Assembly (NCBI GenBank): GCA_050013255.1
Contig: JBEKFP010000002.1
Location: 544,001-608,000, forward strand
Length of the DNA stretch: 64,000 bases
Direction: 5' to 3'
DNA from: Candidatus Bathyarchaeia archaeon
Lineage (GTDB): Archaea > Thermoproteota > Bathyarchaeia > 40CM-2-53-6
The first letter of the stretch is position 1, and each line of letters begins with the position of its first letter. The position numbers were made by a program, and so were the translations under genes. Below are positions 49,728-58,727 of the stretch, one piece after another. Under the pieces are notes generated by a model. The model saw only the letters and a program-made list of their open reading frames with translations, did no database searches and was not told the DNA's origin.

Positions 49728-49846
49728 TGGCGCCGGGAGAGGGATTTGAACCCTCGAGGCCCGTGAGGACCACAGGCTTTCAGTTCCTTTGATTCCAGGC
49801 TTAGGCTCAGGTGCATCTGCCCCGTACCAGGCTCGGGAACCCCGGC
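49728..49846 (-). tRNA. tRNA-Ser (probably GGA) with two putative introns, CCA encoded
   Basis: GCCGGGG acceptor stem, G73, long variable arm, GGGTTCAAATCCC; removing 49801-49816 and 49779-49792 gives CAGGC-CT-GGA-AA-GCCTG. Confidence 0.85.
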
Positions 49847-50080
49847 TCCAAGTGGTTTCACAATTCCAAGCTCAATTTAAGCCTGTCCAGGCGTCGAGCA
49901 AATAGGAAAGACAGTGTGCAGTGGCGACGCGTTAGCGCAGCAAAATGATGTCTAACATATGTTATACACTACGATCAGTCGGGAAGGAACAGCAAATGCA
50001 ATTCATAAGAAGACCTGTATCACAAGTCCATAACCCACAGTCTCACAAAGCGCGTGTCAGGAAAAGCGACAAAACCAGCC

Positions 50081-50223
50081 CCGTCTGACCCCAAAAAGTG
50101 TACCACCCCCATACCCCCCCTCATCAAGCGTGCGCGCGCGGCTTGAAAAAAGCCGCAAAATCAACGCCGTCTGACTCAGAAAACTGAGTCACCCCCCTGG
50201 GGGGTCCACTCAAGCGTGCGCGC
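50081..50223. repeat. Two imperfect 86-bp-period repeats
   Basis: CCGTCTGAC at 50081/50167 and TCAAGCGTGCGCGC at 50124/50210, with C-tracts between. Confidence 0.7.
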
Positions 50224-50282
50224 ACAGGCCGCGTGGCATGCACAACATAGGCTAGACGTCCGCTCTCTCGTAGCCTGTGAAA

Positions 50283-51300
50283 TTAGTGCTTCCACGCGGC
50301 TGGGTAGGTTCCTCGCTCCATGATGACCCGCTCAGTCTTCACGGCAACTCCCTTCTCCTGGTCGAGCATTTCCCTAGACGTCATCAAGGAACGCCCCAGC
50401 GCAACCCCTTCGCCCTTCAACGTGAACAGCGCAACGAACTTATTGCGTTCAATCGCCGAATCCAACTTCACAATCCCTGGCAGAGCTAATTCGGCTCCGT
50501 GGCAAATGGCGCCCACCGCGGTATCACGAATTACAATGTGTGGGAGGGCGGTGAGTGCTATTTCCATTGGCCTGAGTATTTTTCGCAGGGGTGCTTCGTT
50601 GCCGGCCTCGAAATCGGATTGCGCGGCACTCAACTCATGCAAGCTCACAATTCCATCATTTTCGCTGAACGGCCCCGCTCGGGTCCTCCTGAGCTCTCGC
50701 ATGTGGGCACCGCAACCGAAGACCTCGCCAACATCCGAGCATAGCTTACGAATGTACGTCCCGGCCTGGCATGAGCACGTGAACAGGACTGTTCGCCCTT
50801 GAATCTCATGCACGTTGAGTTGGTAGATGAAACGTTTCCTAGGCTCTCGTTTCACAGACGCCCTAAGCGGTGGCTTCTGGTAGATCTCACCCTCGAATTG
50901 GCGTAACACATCACGAACAGTAGACTCCGGAATATCGGCGTGAATTTGCATCGCGCAAACGTATTCCTTGCCCGAGAAGAGAAAGCCCTGAACAACCTTC
51001 GTAGCTTCCTCTAGCGCTACGGGCAGGACGCCGGTCACCTTTGGATTACCCCGACGGTTAGGTCTCTAGGGTTCCACCGTGGCCAGCGTGGGACAATTTC
51101 ATCATGCGCTTAATCCAAGCCACCACTTCATGGCTCGAAGGCCCCGCAGGCTTATCCACATTGATAATGCCGTACTTGATTCGAAGTGTCATCGGCCTTT
51201 CTTCTGGCCTGAAACCATAACGCGGGTCGGTCACGTCGTCGGTTTTCGCAACCAATTCTCGAGTAACCGCCCAAGGCATGACGGTCTGCAAACGTTTCAC
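50283..51300 (-). CDS. cbf5: H/ACA pseudouridine synthase Cbf5, two exons (51066-51300, 50283-51046)
   Basis: [15 protein letters not shown] and [19 protein letters not shown] domain; splicing restores GTLDPKVTG. Confidence 0.92.
51047..51065 (-). other. 19-nt BHB pre-mRNA intron in cbf5
   Basis: AGACCTAACCGTCGGGGTA; central helix CCCT/GGGG, bulges AG^A and TA^A, inner stem GAC/GTC. Confidence 0.88.
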
Positions 51301-51436
51301 CTCTTCGCCGTCTCATACTTCTTTGGTGCTATTAAGGAGGGTAAAACACCCAGATCAAACGAAGAACACCTGTCACCCGCCTACTTCGGCATCAGGCGGG
51401 GTATATTATCTGAACTGGAATTTCAGAGTGGGAGGG

Positions 51437-51733
51437 TCAGCTTGCTGCCGGCTTCATTGTAGGCAGAAGCTCTTCTTTCATGAATTTCGTTTTCTTACCC
51501 TTGGTTAACGCCTTCTCGACTTCATCGTCCGCCGCTCCCTTCTTTACCTCGACGGTTTCGGGCGTGGGCTCTAAATGGTCTACGTTGGTTCTCCTACGCC
51601 TGACGCCTGTGACGGACTTGGGGCCTGTGATTAGGACAAAGTTCTTGTCAACGACATCTACGACCACGCATTTTCTTCCGGTTTCACGGCCTACGAGTTT
51701 TACGCAGATTCGGCCGACTTCCATGCTTGGCAT
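51437..51733 (-). CDS. rpl14e: Ribosomal protein eL14
   Basis: EVGRICVKLVGRETG..TGVRRRR. Confidence 0.95.
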   Translation of the reverse strand: MPSMEVGRICVKLVGRETGRKCVVVDVVDKNFVLITGPKSVTGVRRRRTNVDHLEPTPETVEVKKGAADDEVEKALTKGKKTKFMKEELLPTMKPAAS

Positions 51734-51809
51734 TATGATTCACCGGGGTTTGTTCGCCGCTGTAGATTCGAGGGCAATAAATAAGGGTAGCCCATCGGCC
51801 GAGGTTTGT

Positions 51810-52358
51810 TCAAGTTGCTTTCTTGGCGAGAAGATTTCGCACTTCTTTGATAACAAGGGACTTGGTTTGTTCAACTGAGTACGGGCTGGTGTCTATCTTA
51901 AGATCGTAAATGCTTAGGTCGTCCACGTCGATTCCGTAGTATTTCTTGTAGCGCTGTTTCTGTATTTCTTCGCGAGCCATTGTTTCCTTCTTCGCAGACT
52001 CGAGCGGGGTACGGTCTCTTTCAGCTATTCTTTTGAATCGAACTTCATCGGGTGCGACCATCAGTACCTTGACATCCGCACTGTCCTTCAGCATCCAGGC
52101 GCCGAGCTGGGCATCGATTACGGTGCCCCCATTCTTGGCTTCGGTCTTGGTCCGTTCATCAATCAGCTTGTCTATTGCTGGATCTTTGGCGGCAAGGCTG
52201 CTGAAGGCTTCGAGGGAGAGGTTTCTTTCTTTCGCCAGTTCCCTAAACAATTCGCCTGCGCAGACGTAACGTAATCCCAAAGCTTCTGCGAGGGCTTTTG
52301 CGTAAGTCGACTTGCCTGTTCCATGGGGGCCGCTCACAGTGATTACTGGCCCCGGCAA
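51810..52358 (-). CDS. cmk: Cytidylate kinase
   Basis: SGPHGTGKST, AGELFR, YYGID..DLSIYD. Confidence 0.93.
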   Translation of the reverse strand: MPGPVITVSGPHGTGKSTYAKALAEALGLRYVCAGELFRELAKERNLSLEAFSSLAAKDPAIDKLIDERTKTEAKNGGTVIDAQLGAWMLKDSADVKVLMVAPDEVRFKRIAERDRTPLESAKKETMAREEIQKQRYKKYYGIDVDDLSIYDLKIDTSPYSVEQTKSLVIKEVRNLLAKKAT

Positions 52359-52361
52359 GCG

Positions 52362-52622
52362 TTATCCGACTCGGGTTCCTTGACGAACCTTTTCCCGTAG
52401 GCAGGCGTGGCATAGGACTCCGGCGAACGGCCTCGACGGGCGCCTAGAGGATTTAGTAAGGCCTCGTGTTGAGCTTGCGGGGACCCCTCGAAGGGGAAGG
52501 CCGCATGACGAGCATCTGCCGCCAGAGTAGCGTTTTCTTCGGTAGTGGATTGTGGACCTGCCGCCTGGAACTTGCAGGGTTTTCCGTTTCACGTTTCGGT
52601 TTCGGAGGGCGCGTCTCGGCAA
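52362..52622 (-). CDS. rpl34e: Ribosomal protein eL34
   Basis: PGGR..HY, CSSC..LRGVP, RPFAGVLCHAC. Confidence 0.92.
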   Translation of the reverse strand: MPRRALRNRNVKRKTLQVPGGRSTIHYRRKRYSGGRCSSCGLPLRGVPASSTRGLTKSSRRPSRPFAGVLCHACLREKVRQGTRVG

Positions 52623-53129
52623 TTAGTTCTCACTCATTCCTATCCCGAAGAGTCTCATGATCGGGAAGTTTACTGCGAAGGAGCTTAGGAAATACCAGTA
52701 GAAGAAGGTCAACTGGGTGCCGATGATTGGTAGTGGGTAGGGTGCGATGGCTACGATGTGCCCTCCGAGGACATGGTTGATCAGGTACCATATGAGGAGG
52801 AATGGGACGAAGGTCACTGCGGTGACTTTCATTTGTTCCATGCTCGCTCTCGATTGAGCCTTCATCATTGGTTGGCTCTTCTTCATGAGTTTTGATAGGG
52901 TCTGCTCATCATGAGCTTTCTTTGCTTGATCCATCTCTTTCCTCCAGGCCGAAACTTCTTTCATGGTATTCCTGACCATATTGTAGTCCACGAGAAGTTT
53001 CGCTGCCGTCGATGATGTTAGGCCGAGCGCTAAGGCGATCCCGATCGTGAGTAGTGTGGACTGAGGGATTGCACTGTAGGGTTGGATTGCGGAAGCAACC
53101 CACGCGATTATATCATCTATGAAACTCAA
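52623..53129 (-). CDS. DUF106 / EMC3-TMCO1-like insertase
   Basis: TM, coiled coil, two TM ending WYFLSS; conserved position after adk. Confidence 0.88.
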   Translation of the reverse strand: MSFIDDIIAWVASAIQPYSAIPQSTLLTIGIALALGLTSSTAAKLLVDYNMVRNTMKEVSAWRKEMDQAKKAHDEQTLSKLMKKSQPMMKAQSRASMEQMKVTAVTFVPFLLIWYLINHVLGGHIVAIAPYPLPIIGTQLTFFYWYFLSSFAVNFPIMRLFGIGMSEN

Positions 53130-53722
53130 ACTTTTGCCTCCATTATGCTCCGAATCGCTTGAAACAGCTCCTGAGCCGCTTGCTTGTGCTTACCCTCATC
53201 ATTTCTTATAACCTTAACAGGTGAACCCGTCGCGACCGCGGAAGCCGCAGCCGTCGCACGGGACCATTCAAGGTCGAACGAGATCTCCTCGTCCACAGCC
53301 TGCTCCCTCATCCTGCTCGCATCGCCCATGCGCCTAGCGGCAATATGTCGGGGGTCTGCCTCAATTAAGACGAGAAGTTGCGGTCCGAGTTTTTCTAGCA
53401 CATTCTGCGGAAGCCCCGCCCACATCCCAGCTCCCGTCCGAACGAACATGTGAGTATCTACCACGACAGTCCCCTTACCCGCGCGGTTAGCGATTTCGCT
53501 GGCTGCAAGTTCCTGAACCTTCTTCTGCGCGTCTATGCTCTGCTCCCTCATCTTATCGCGGTGAAGGTCTTTCCCAAGGTCACGCATGATTTCGTTCATT
53601 ATTGTTCCATAATTGAGGACGGTTAGGTTGAACTTGTTCTGTCTCGCGAGGTCCTGCAGTTCGCTTAGGACAGTAGTTTTTCCTACTCCGGGTATGCCGG
53701 TCACTACGACCGTTCGGGACAG
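53126..53722 (-). CDS. adkA: Adenylate kinase
   Basis: VVVTGIPGVGKTT, HRDKMR, VDTH, GLP; CTG start inferred. Confidence 0.93.
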   Translation of the reverse strand: MSRTVVVTGIPGVGKTTVLSELQDLARQNKFNLTVLNYGTIMNEIMRDLGKDLHRDKMREQSIDAQKKVQELAASEIANRAGKGTVVVDTHMFVRTGAGMWAGLPQNVLEKLGPQLLVLIEADPRHIAARRMGDASRMREQAVDEEISFDLEWSRATAAASAVATGSPVKVIRNDEGKHKQAAQELFQAIRSIMEAKV

Positions 53723-53725
53723 TGC

Positions 53726-55144
53726 TTACTCACCTAGGAAGCCTCTGGCAGCAGGGTAGAGTTCCGTGATTCGTTCCTGCACGAATATCTGGTAATACTG
53801 TTCAATGATACCTACCGTAAGCAGAATGCCAGTACCAGATCCGAACGCCCCCAGGAAGTCTGCAGATGCGGCTATGGTTCCGATTAAAATTGCGCCGAGG
53901 ATCGTAACCGTCGGGATATAGCGGTCAAGCATCTGCCGTATGGGGACCTCAGATCGTCTGAAGCCTTCAATCTGCATACCTGAGTCGAGAAGTTGCCTTG
54001 CAACGGTTCTCGCATCCATTCCGCCTACCTCAACCCATGTTACTGCGAAGAAAACGCAGCCGATGACGAGGAGGACTGCGTAGATCACTGCTCGAAGCGG
54101 GTCCGCCATTGCCAAGGACAGGCTTCTGGGGGGGACGACGTAGTAAACCAACCCGCCTGAAGGCTGGTACTGAGTGCCTTGCGTGGTGAAGGTGCCGATC
54201 AAGTTGAACCAGAAATTGCTGTTAGTGCTGTTGTATCTTTGCCAAAGCAATTGCGAAATGAAATAGATGTTTCCGAAAAGGGCTGCTGCGAAGATGACGG
54301 GTATGTTTGAGACGTAGAAAAGTTTCAACGGGAATTTTCCGCGGAACCCCCTGTACCTTGCGTAGGACACTGGGATTTCAACGCGCATGCCGTTGAAGTA
54401 GATAATTATGGCGAAGACGCCGAGTGTTGTGATGAAGGCAACCATGTCTGGGAGGCCGCCTGTGCGAGAGAGGACGCCTCTAAGGTCTTGTCTGCCAAGT
54501 ACCCCTTGTGCGAATGCTACAATGGCCCCGAGGTATTTGCCATCAGCCATAGGTCCCATTGGCGCAACCGAGTCCCACCATATGGAGGAAGCGACGCCGG
54601 CGGCGATGAACAGGCTGATGCCGCTTCCCAACCCCCAGCCTTTCTGGAGGAGTTCGTCGAGGAGGAGGACGATGAGGCCTGCAGCAACCAGCTGCAACAT
54701 TATCACGATTTCACTCGTTATTGGTAACGCACCGTAGGTGCCCCCGATTATGTAGGCCGATGCCTCGAAGACGGTCATGACCACCGAGAGAATCTTGCTA
54801 GCGCTAGTGAACAGCGACCGGTCTTCTGGGTTGCTCATGTCAATGTTCACCATCTTCGACCCAGCCAACACTTGCAGAATCAAACCGGCTGTTACAATTG
54901 GGCCGATGCCGAGCTCCATGAGGGTCCCTCGGTTGGAGGCGAAGATTACTCTGAGGGAACCGAGTGGGTCATTGAGGCCAGCTGACCCTATCCCGTATAA
55001 TGGAACTTGGGACATTACGAAGTAGATTATGAGTGCGATGGCCGTCCAAAAGATCTTCTCGTTAAATGCGACTTTTCTCTCAGGGGGCTTAATGTCTGGG
55101 AAGAATCTGGCTATTGGTTTGAAGAGTTCGATGAATCGGACCAT
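53726..55144 (-). CDS. secY: Translocase SecY
   Basis: ELGIGPIVTAG, GSGISLFI, GSGTGILL. Confidence 0.97.
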   Translation of the reverse strand: MVRFIELFKPIARFFPDIKPPERKVAFNEKIFWTAIALIIYFVMSQVPLYGIGSAGLNDPLGSLRVIFASNRGTLMELGIGPIVTAGLILQVLAGSKMVNIDMSNPEDRSLFTSASKILSVVMTVFEASAYIIGGTYGALPITSEIVIMLQLVAAGLIVLLLDELLQKGWGLGSGISLFIAAGVASSIWWDSVAPMGPMADGKYLGAIVAFAQGVLGRQDLRGVLSRTGGLPDMVAFITTLGVFAIIIYFNGMRVEIPVSYARYRGFRGKFPLKLFYVSNIPVIFAAALFGNIYFISQLLWQRYNSTNSNFWFNLIGTFTTQGTQYQPSGGLVYYVVPPRSLSLAMADPLRAVIYAVLLVIGCVFFAVTWVEVGGMDARTVARQLLDSGMQIEGFRRSEVPIRQMLDRYIPTVTILGAILIGTIAASADFLGAFGSGTGILLTVGIIEQYYQIFVQERITELYPAARGFLGE

Positions 55145-55150
55145 TCAACG

Positions 55151-55630
55151 TCACTTCTTGGGAGGGCTTGAGGTAGCTTGTGTTGCGAGAACGGCCTCTC
55201 CGCCAGCTTCCCTTATCTTCTTGAGGGCGCTTTCGGAACACTCGTCTACTTTCACCTGGACCGCCCGTGAAATTGAACCTGTGCCGAGCAGTTTCTTGAA
55301 GCCGAGCTCCTTCAAATCGAGAACAACTTTCTCGCCCGCTGGCTGCGCCTTCTTTCCAGCTACTAGCTTGTCAACCAGTTCCGATAGTTGCCAGAGGTTG
55401 AGCGTTTTTCCACGAGGCCTCATCTCAGCGATCGATGTGAAACCTTTCTTGCCGGCGTAATGCATGTTGGAATATTCGCCGGTTCTTATGAGGCGTGATC
55501 TCTTGTGACGATACCTACCGGCTATCCCTGAACCGCCACGCATCCCGCTTGCCCTGTGCTGGCCCGATGTGCCCCAGCCATGGGTTCTGGAGCCTCTTTG
55601 GTGTCTCACATGTCTTAATCTGGTTGCCAA
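55151..55630 (-). CDS. rpl15: Ribosomal protein uL15
   Basis: RGSRTHGWG, GKKGF, KLLGTG. Confidence 0.95.
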   Translation of the reverse strand: MATRLRHVRHQRGSRTHGWGTSGQHRASGMRGGSGIAGRYRHKRSRLIRTGEYSNMHYAGKKGFTSIAEMRPRGKTLNLWQLSELVDKLVAGKKAQPAGEKVVLDLKELGFKKLLGTGSISRAVQVKVDECSESALKKIREAGGEAVLATQATSSPPKK

Positions 55631-55724
55631 TTTGGGTGTGCCTTCGCCGGTTTTTCTGCTTTAAATGATAGCGCGAGGTTGTCAGGTTCCGGAGTGCTCA
55701 AGATAAACGTTTCCGGAACTTAAC

Positions 55725-56753
55725 TCAGGGTCTTAGGACTATCTTGCCGCAATTTCCTGACCCAACCAATTTCATCGCTTCATCAAGTTGGTTGAGGGCC
55801 ATACGGTGCGTTATCAGAGGCTTCAAGTTCAGTTTTCCAGACTTTAGGATAGCTTCGAGCTTATACCACGTGTTGAACATCTCGCGCCCGACTATCCCGC
55901 GTACGTGGGCTTCTTTGAATATGAAGTCGTCAGCTATGTTGAGTTGAACTTCTTTTGATGGGATCCCGAAGAGTATTACTGTCCCACCGTTGCGAACCGT
56001 TCGAAAGGCATCTTTGATTGCGTGCTCATTTCCAGACATCTCCAGAACGACGCCAGCGCCGCGGCCGCCTGTGTCTTTGTGAACTTCAGCTACAGGGTCA
56101 CCGTTTTTCGAGTTTATTGTTTTCGAAGCTCCCATTGCTGCCGCGAGTTTCAACCTGTAGTCATTGATGTCGATAGCTGTGACGGAAAGAGCCCCAGAAA
56201 TGCTTGTCAGGGCAACAGCCGAAAGGCCAACCGGACCGCAGCCATATATCGTAACGTCATTCCCGGCAATATCAGCTGCAAAAGCGGCGTGGACTGCGTT
56301 TCCGAGCGGTTCCAGTATCGAGGCAGTGTCTAGGGGGACTTCGCTTGGAATTGGCCAAGCGTTGTTTTCAGGGATCTTGACGTACTCCGCGAAGGAACCG
56401 TCAACATCGACGCCAAGAATCGCCACGCGCTCGCAAATGTGTGAGTTGCCGGTTCGGCACTGGTAGCATCTCCCGCATCCGATGTGGCTCTCAGCAACCA
56501 CCGTTTCCCCGACCCTGCACGCGGTGACATCAGGTGCGATCTCCACGACCTCTCCCGCGAACTCATGTCCGATGATGCGCGGGGGTTTGATTCGTGCTTG
56601 CGCCCACTCATCCCACTCGTAGATGTGATGGTCTGTTCCGCAGACGGAGGTGACTTTGACTTTGACCAGAACTTCATGCTGACCGATTCTTGGCCGTTCA
56701 GCCTCAATTTGCTCGATACCCGGTGCCGGCCGAATTTTCGCGAATGCTTTCAC
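55725..56753 (-). CDS. tdh: L-threonine 3-dehydrogenase
   Basis: CGTDHHIYEWDEWA, GHEF, CxxCxxC, EPLGNAVH, GREMFNTW. Confidence 0.93.
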   Translation of the reverse strand: MKAFAKIRPAPGIEQIEAERPRIGQHEVLVKVKVTSVCGTDHHIYEWDEWAQARIKPPRIIGHEFAGEVVEIAPDVTACRVGETVVAESHIGCGRCYQCRTGNSHICERVAILGVDVDGSFAEYVKIPENNAWPIPSEVPLDTASILEPLGNAVHAAFAADIAGNDVTIYGCGPVGLSAVALTSISGALSVTAIDINDYRLKLAAAMGASKTINSKNGDPVAEVHKDTGGRGAGVVLEMSGNEHAIKDAFRTVRNGGTVILFGIPSKEVQLNIADDFIFKEAHVRGIVGREMFNTWYKLEAILKSGKLNLKPLITHRMALNQLDEAMKLVGSGNCGKIVLRP

Positions 56754-56863
56754 AATCGGTTCGCGCCGTGTATCAGGTGGTGAACCTTTATGTTTTGCTG
56801 GGCATTGCCACGGGCAAAACTATTATTCTGAAGAGGGCGGAATGAAGCGCAAGGGATAAGCCT

Positions 56864-58069
56864 TTGGTCGAAGCCACGCACTCGAAGCGAGACCCACGTT
56901 CGTTTCTTCGCGAAGAATACGAACGACTCGTCACACAGGATTTGGATTGGCGCATTCGCGTCCTCGGAAGCAATAGCGGGCCGTGGGGTGTAGTCTCTGG
57001 GAAGAAAGCCCTAATCTTATGCTCAAACAATTACCTGAACCTGACCAACCATCCTAAAGTCAAGAAAGCAGCGTTAGACGCGATCGAGAAATACGGTGCG
57101 GGCTCGGGCTCAGTCCGGCCAATTGCTGGAACCATGAATGCACATGTGGAACTTGAAGAGACGCTTGCTCGATACAAGCACACTGAAGCTTCGTTAGCAT
57201 ACGCGACGGGGTTTGCGGCCAATTCTGGCCTCATTCCACAACTCGCCACGGAAGGTGACCTGATAATTAGCGACGAGCTGAATCACGGCAGCATCATTGA
57301 TGGCGTTCGCTTGAGCAGAGCGGAGCGCACCGTATACAAGCACCGTGACATGGAAGACCTTAAGAAAGTTCTCAACGAAGCAGAGAATAAGAACTACAAG
57401 CACATCCTGGTTGTGTCTGATGGCGTTTTCAGCATGGATGGAGACATCGCCCCAGCGGACAGAGTAGTGGAACTCGCTGAGGAGCACGGAGCAATGACGT
57501 ACATTGACGATGCACATGGTGACGGCGTACTCGGAGAGTCCGGGCGGGGAATCACTTCACACTTCCACATTGAAGGCCGAGTTGATGTTGAGATGGGCAC
57601 ATTCTCCAAGGCCTTTGGCGTCGTTGGAGGATACATTGCCGGATCACGAGACCTAGTGAATTACGCCTTCAACAAGTCTAGAACTTGGCTTCTAAGCGGT
57701 TCGCATCCCGCCAGCGTTGTTGCATCATGTAAGGCGAGTCTAGAGGTTATCCAAGAAGAGCCTGAGCACCTACAGAGGTTATGGGAGAACACACGTTACT
57801 TCAAGGAAGGATTACGCAATTTGGGATTTGACATAGGTGCAAGCGAAACGCCGATTACGCCTGTAATTGTGGGCGAGAGCTCGACGGCCCGCAAAATGAG
57901 CGAGATGCTCTTCGGGGAGGGCATATTTGCACTTCCAATAGTCTACCCGATGGTTTCACGCGACAAAGCCAGGATTAGAACAATCATGAACGCTGGGCAC
58001 ACAAGGAAGGACTTGGATTTTGCGTTGCGGGCGTTTGAGAAGGTTGGGAAATCGCTCGGCAGTATCTGA
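56864..58069 (+). CDS. kbl: Glycine C-acetyltransferase (2-amino-3-ketobutyrate CoA ligase)
   Basis: SNNYL, SDELNHGSIIDG, DGVFSMDG, DDAH, TFSKAFG; paired with tdh. Confidence 0.9.
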   Translation: MVEATHSKRDPRSFLREEYERLVTQDLDWRIRVLGSNSGPWGVVSGKKALILCSNNYLNLTNHPKVKKAALDAIEKYGAGSGSVRPIAGTMNAHVELEETLARYKHTEASLAYATGFAANSGLIPQLATEGDLIISDELNHGSIIDGVRLSRAERTVYKHRDMEDLKKVLNEAENKNYKHILVVSDGVFSMDGDIAPADRVVELAEEHGAMTYIDDAHGDGVLGESGRGITSHFHIEGRVDVEMGTFSKAFGVVGGYIAGSRDLVNYAFNKSRTWLLSGSHPASVVASCKASLEVIQEEPEHLQRLWENTRYFKEGLRNLGFDIGASETPITPVIVGESSTARKMSEMLFGEGIFALPIVYPMVSRDKARIRTIMNAGHTRKDLDFALRAFEKVGKSLGSI

Positions 58070-58087
58070 AAACGGGAAGGCCTCGAT

Positions 58088-58726
58088 CTAGGCAACCCAG
58101 TCTTGGGGTGTCACCATTCGGTACGTGCTCCGTAGGGCTTCGTATACCGCGTACGACATAGAGCCGAGTGTGCTCGTTGAACCGAAGCTTCTCGTCCAGC
58201 AGTCTTTGACCCCTGCCAATGTTAGAACGGTCTTTGGAGTTTCTCCCCCGACCAACCCGAGTCCTCTTGGGCCTGGGATGATTTCGATTGCGACACTGCC
58301 GCACTTTCCTCGAATTTTGAATGGAATTGAGTGTGGTTGGCCGCAACCGCATTCCCAACTGCCGCAACCACGGCGAATTGGAACAACGTCAAGTTTGGCG
58401 GTTATGGTGGCTTTGTCTATGGCGTTTCTCACCTGTTTTGCTTTGCCGCCTCCGACGCCTAGGAATCCGGTGCCGTTCCCCACGGCGACGATTGCTTTGA
58501 AGCGTGATTTCTCGCCGGCATCGGTTTGCTTTTGCACGAACCCTATACCGAGTACTTCCTGTCTGAGCCCGGGTAGGAGGACGTCGACTATTTCCGGTTC
58601 TTTGATTTTCAATCCTTGTGTGAAGATATCCTCAAGGGAGACTATCTGTCCGCTCTGAACCATCCTGCCTACTTTGGTTTTGGGAACCCAGCCTGTTTCG
58701 GCTCTTTGGGTTTGGGCTGTTTGCAT
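58088..58726 (-). CDS. rps5: Ribosomal protein uS5
   Basis: WVPKTKVG, QKQTDAGE, RRGCGSWEC. Confidence 0.96.
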   Translation of the reverse strand: MQTAQTQRAETGWVPKTKVGRMVQSGQIVSLEDIFTQGLKIKEPEIVDVLLPGLRQEVLGIGFVQKQTDAGEKSRFKAIVAVGNGTGFLGVGGGKAKQVRNAIDKATITAKLDVVPIRRGCGSWECGCGQPHSIPFKIRGKCGSVAIEIIPGPRGLGLVGGETPKTVLTLAGVKDCWTRSFGSTSTLGSMSYAVYEALRSTYRMVTPQDWVA

Positions 58727-58727
58727 T

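Noticed and set aside
49945-50230. dif site or replication origin
   Set aside because: The palindrome lacks the 6-bp spacer of Xer sites; no ORB consensus, AT-rich unwinding element or adjacent cdc6
50283-51300. cbf5 as a frameshifted pseudogene or two genes
   Set aside because: A precise BHB intron restores the frame and the catalytic Asp
55686-55719. GTTCCGGA/TCCGGAAC inverted repeat as an ORB or SRP fragment
   Set aside because: Single hairpin just after the tdh stop; a terminator or operator is the simpler reading
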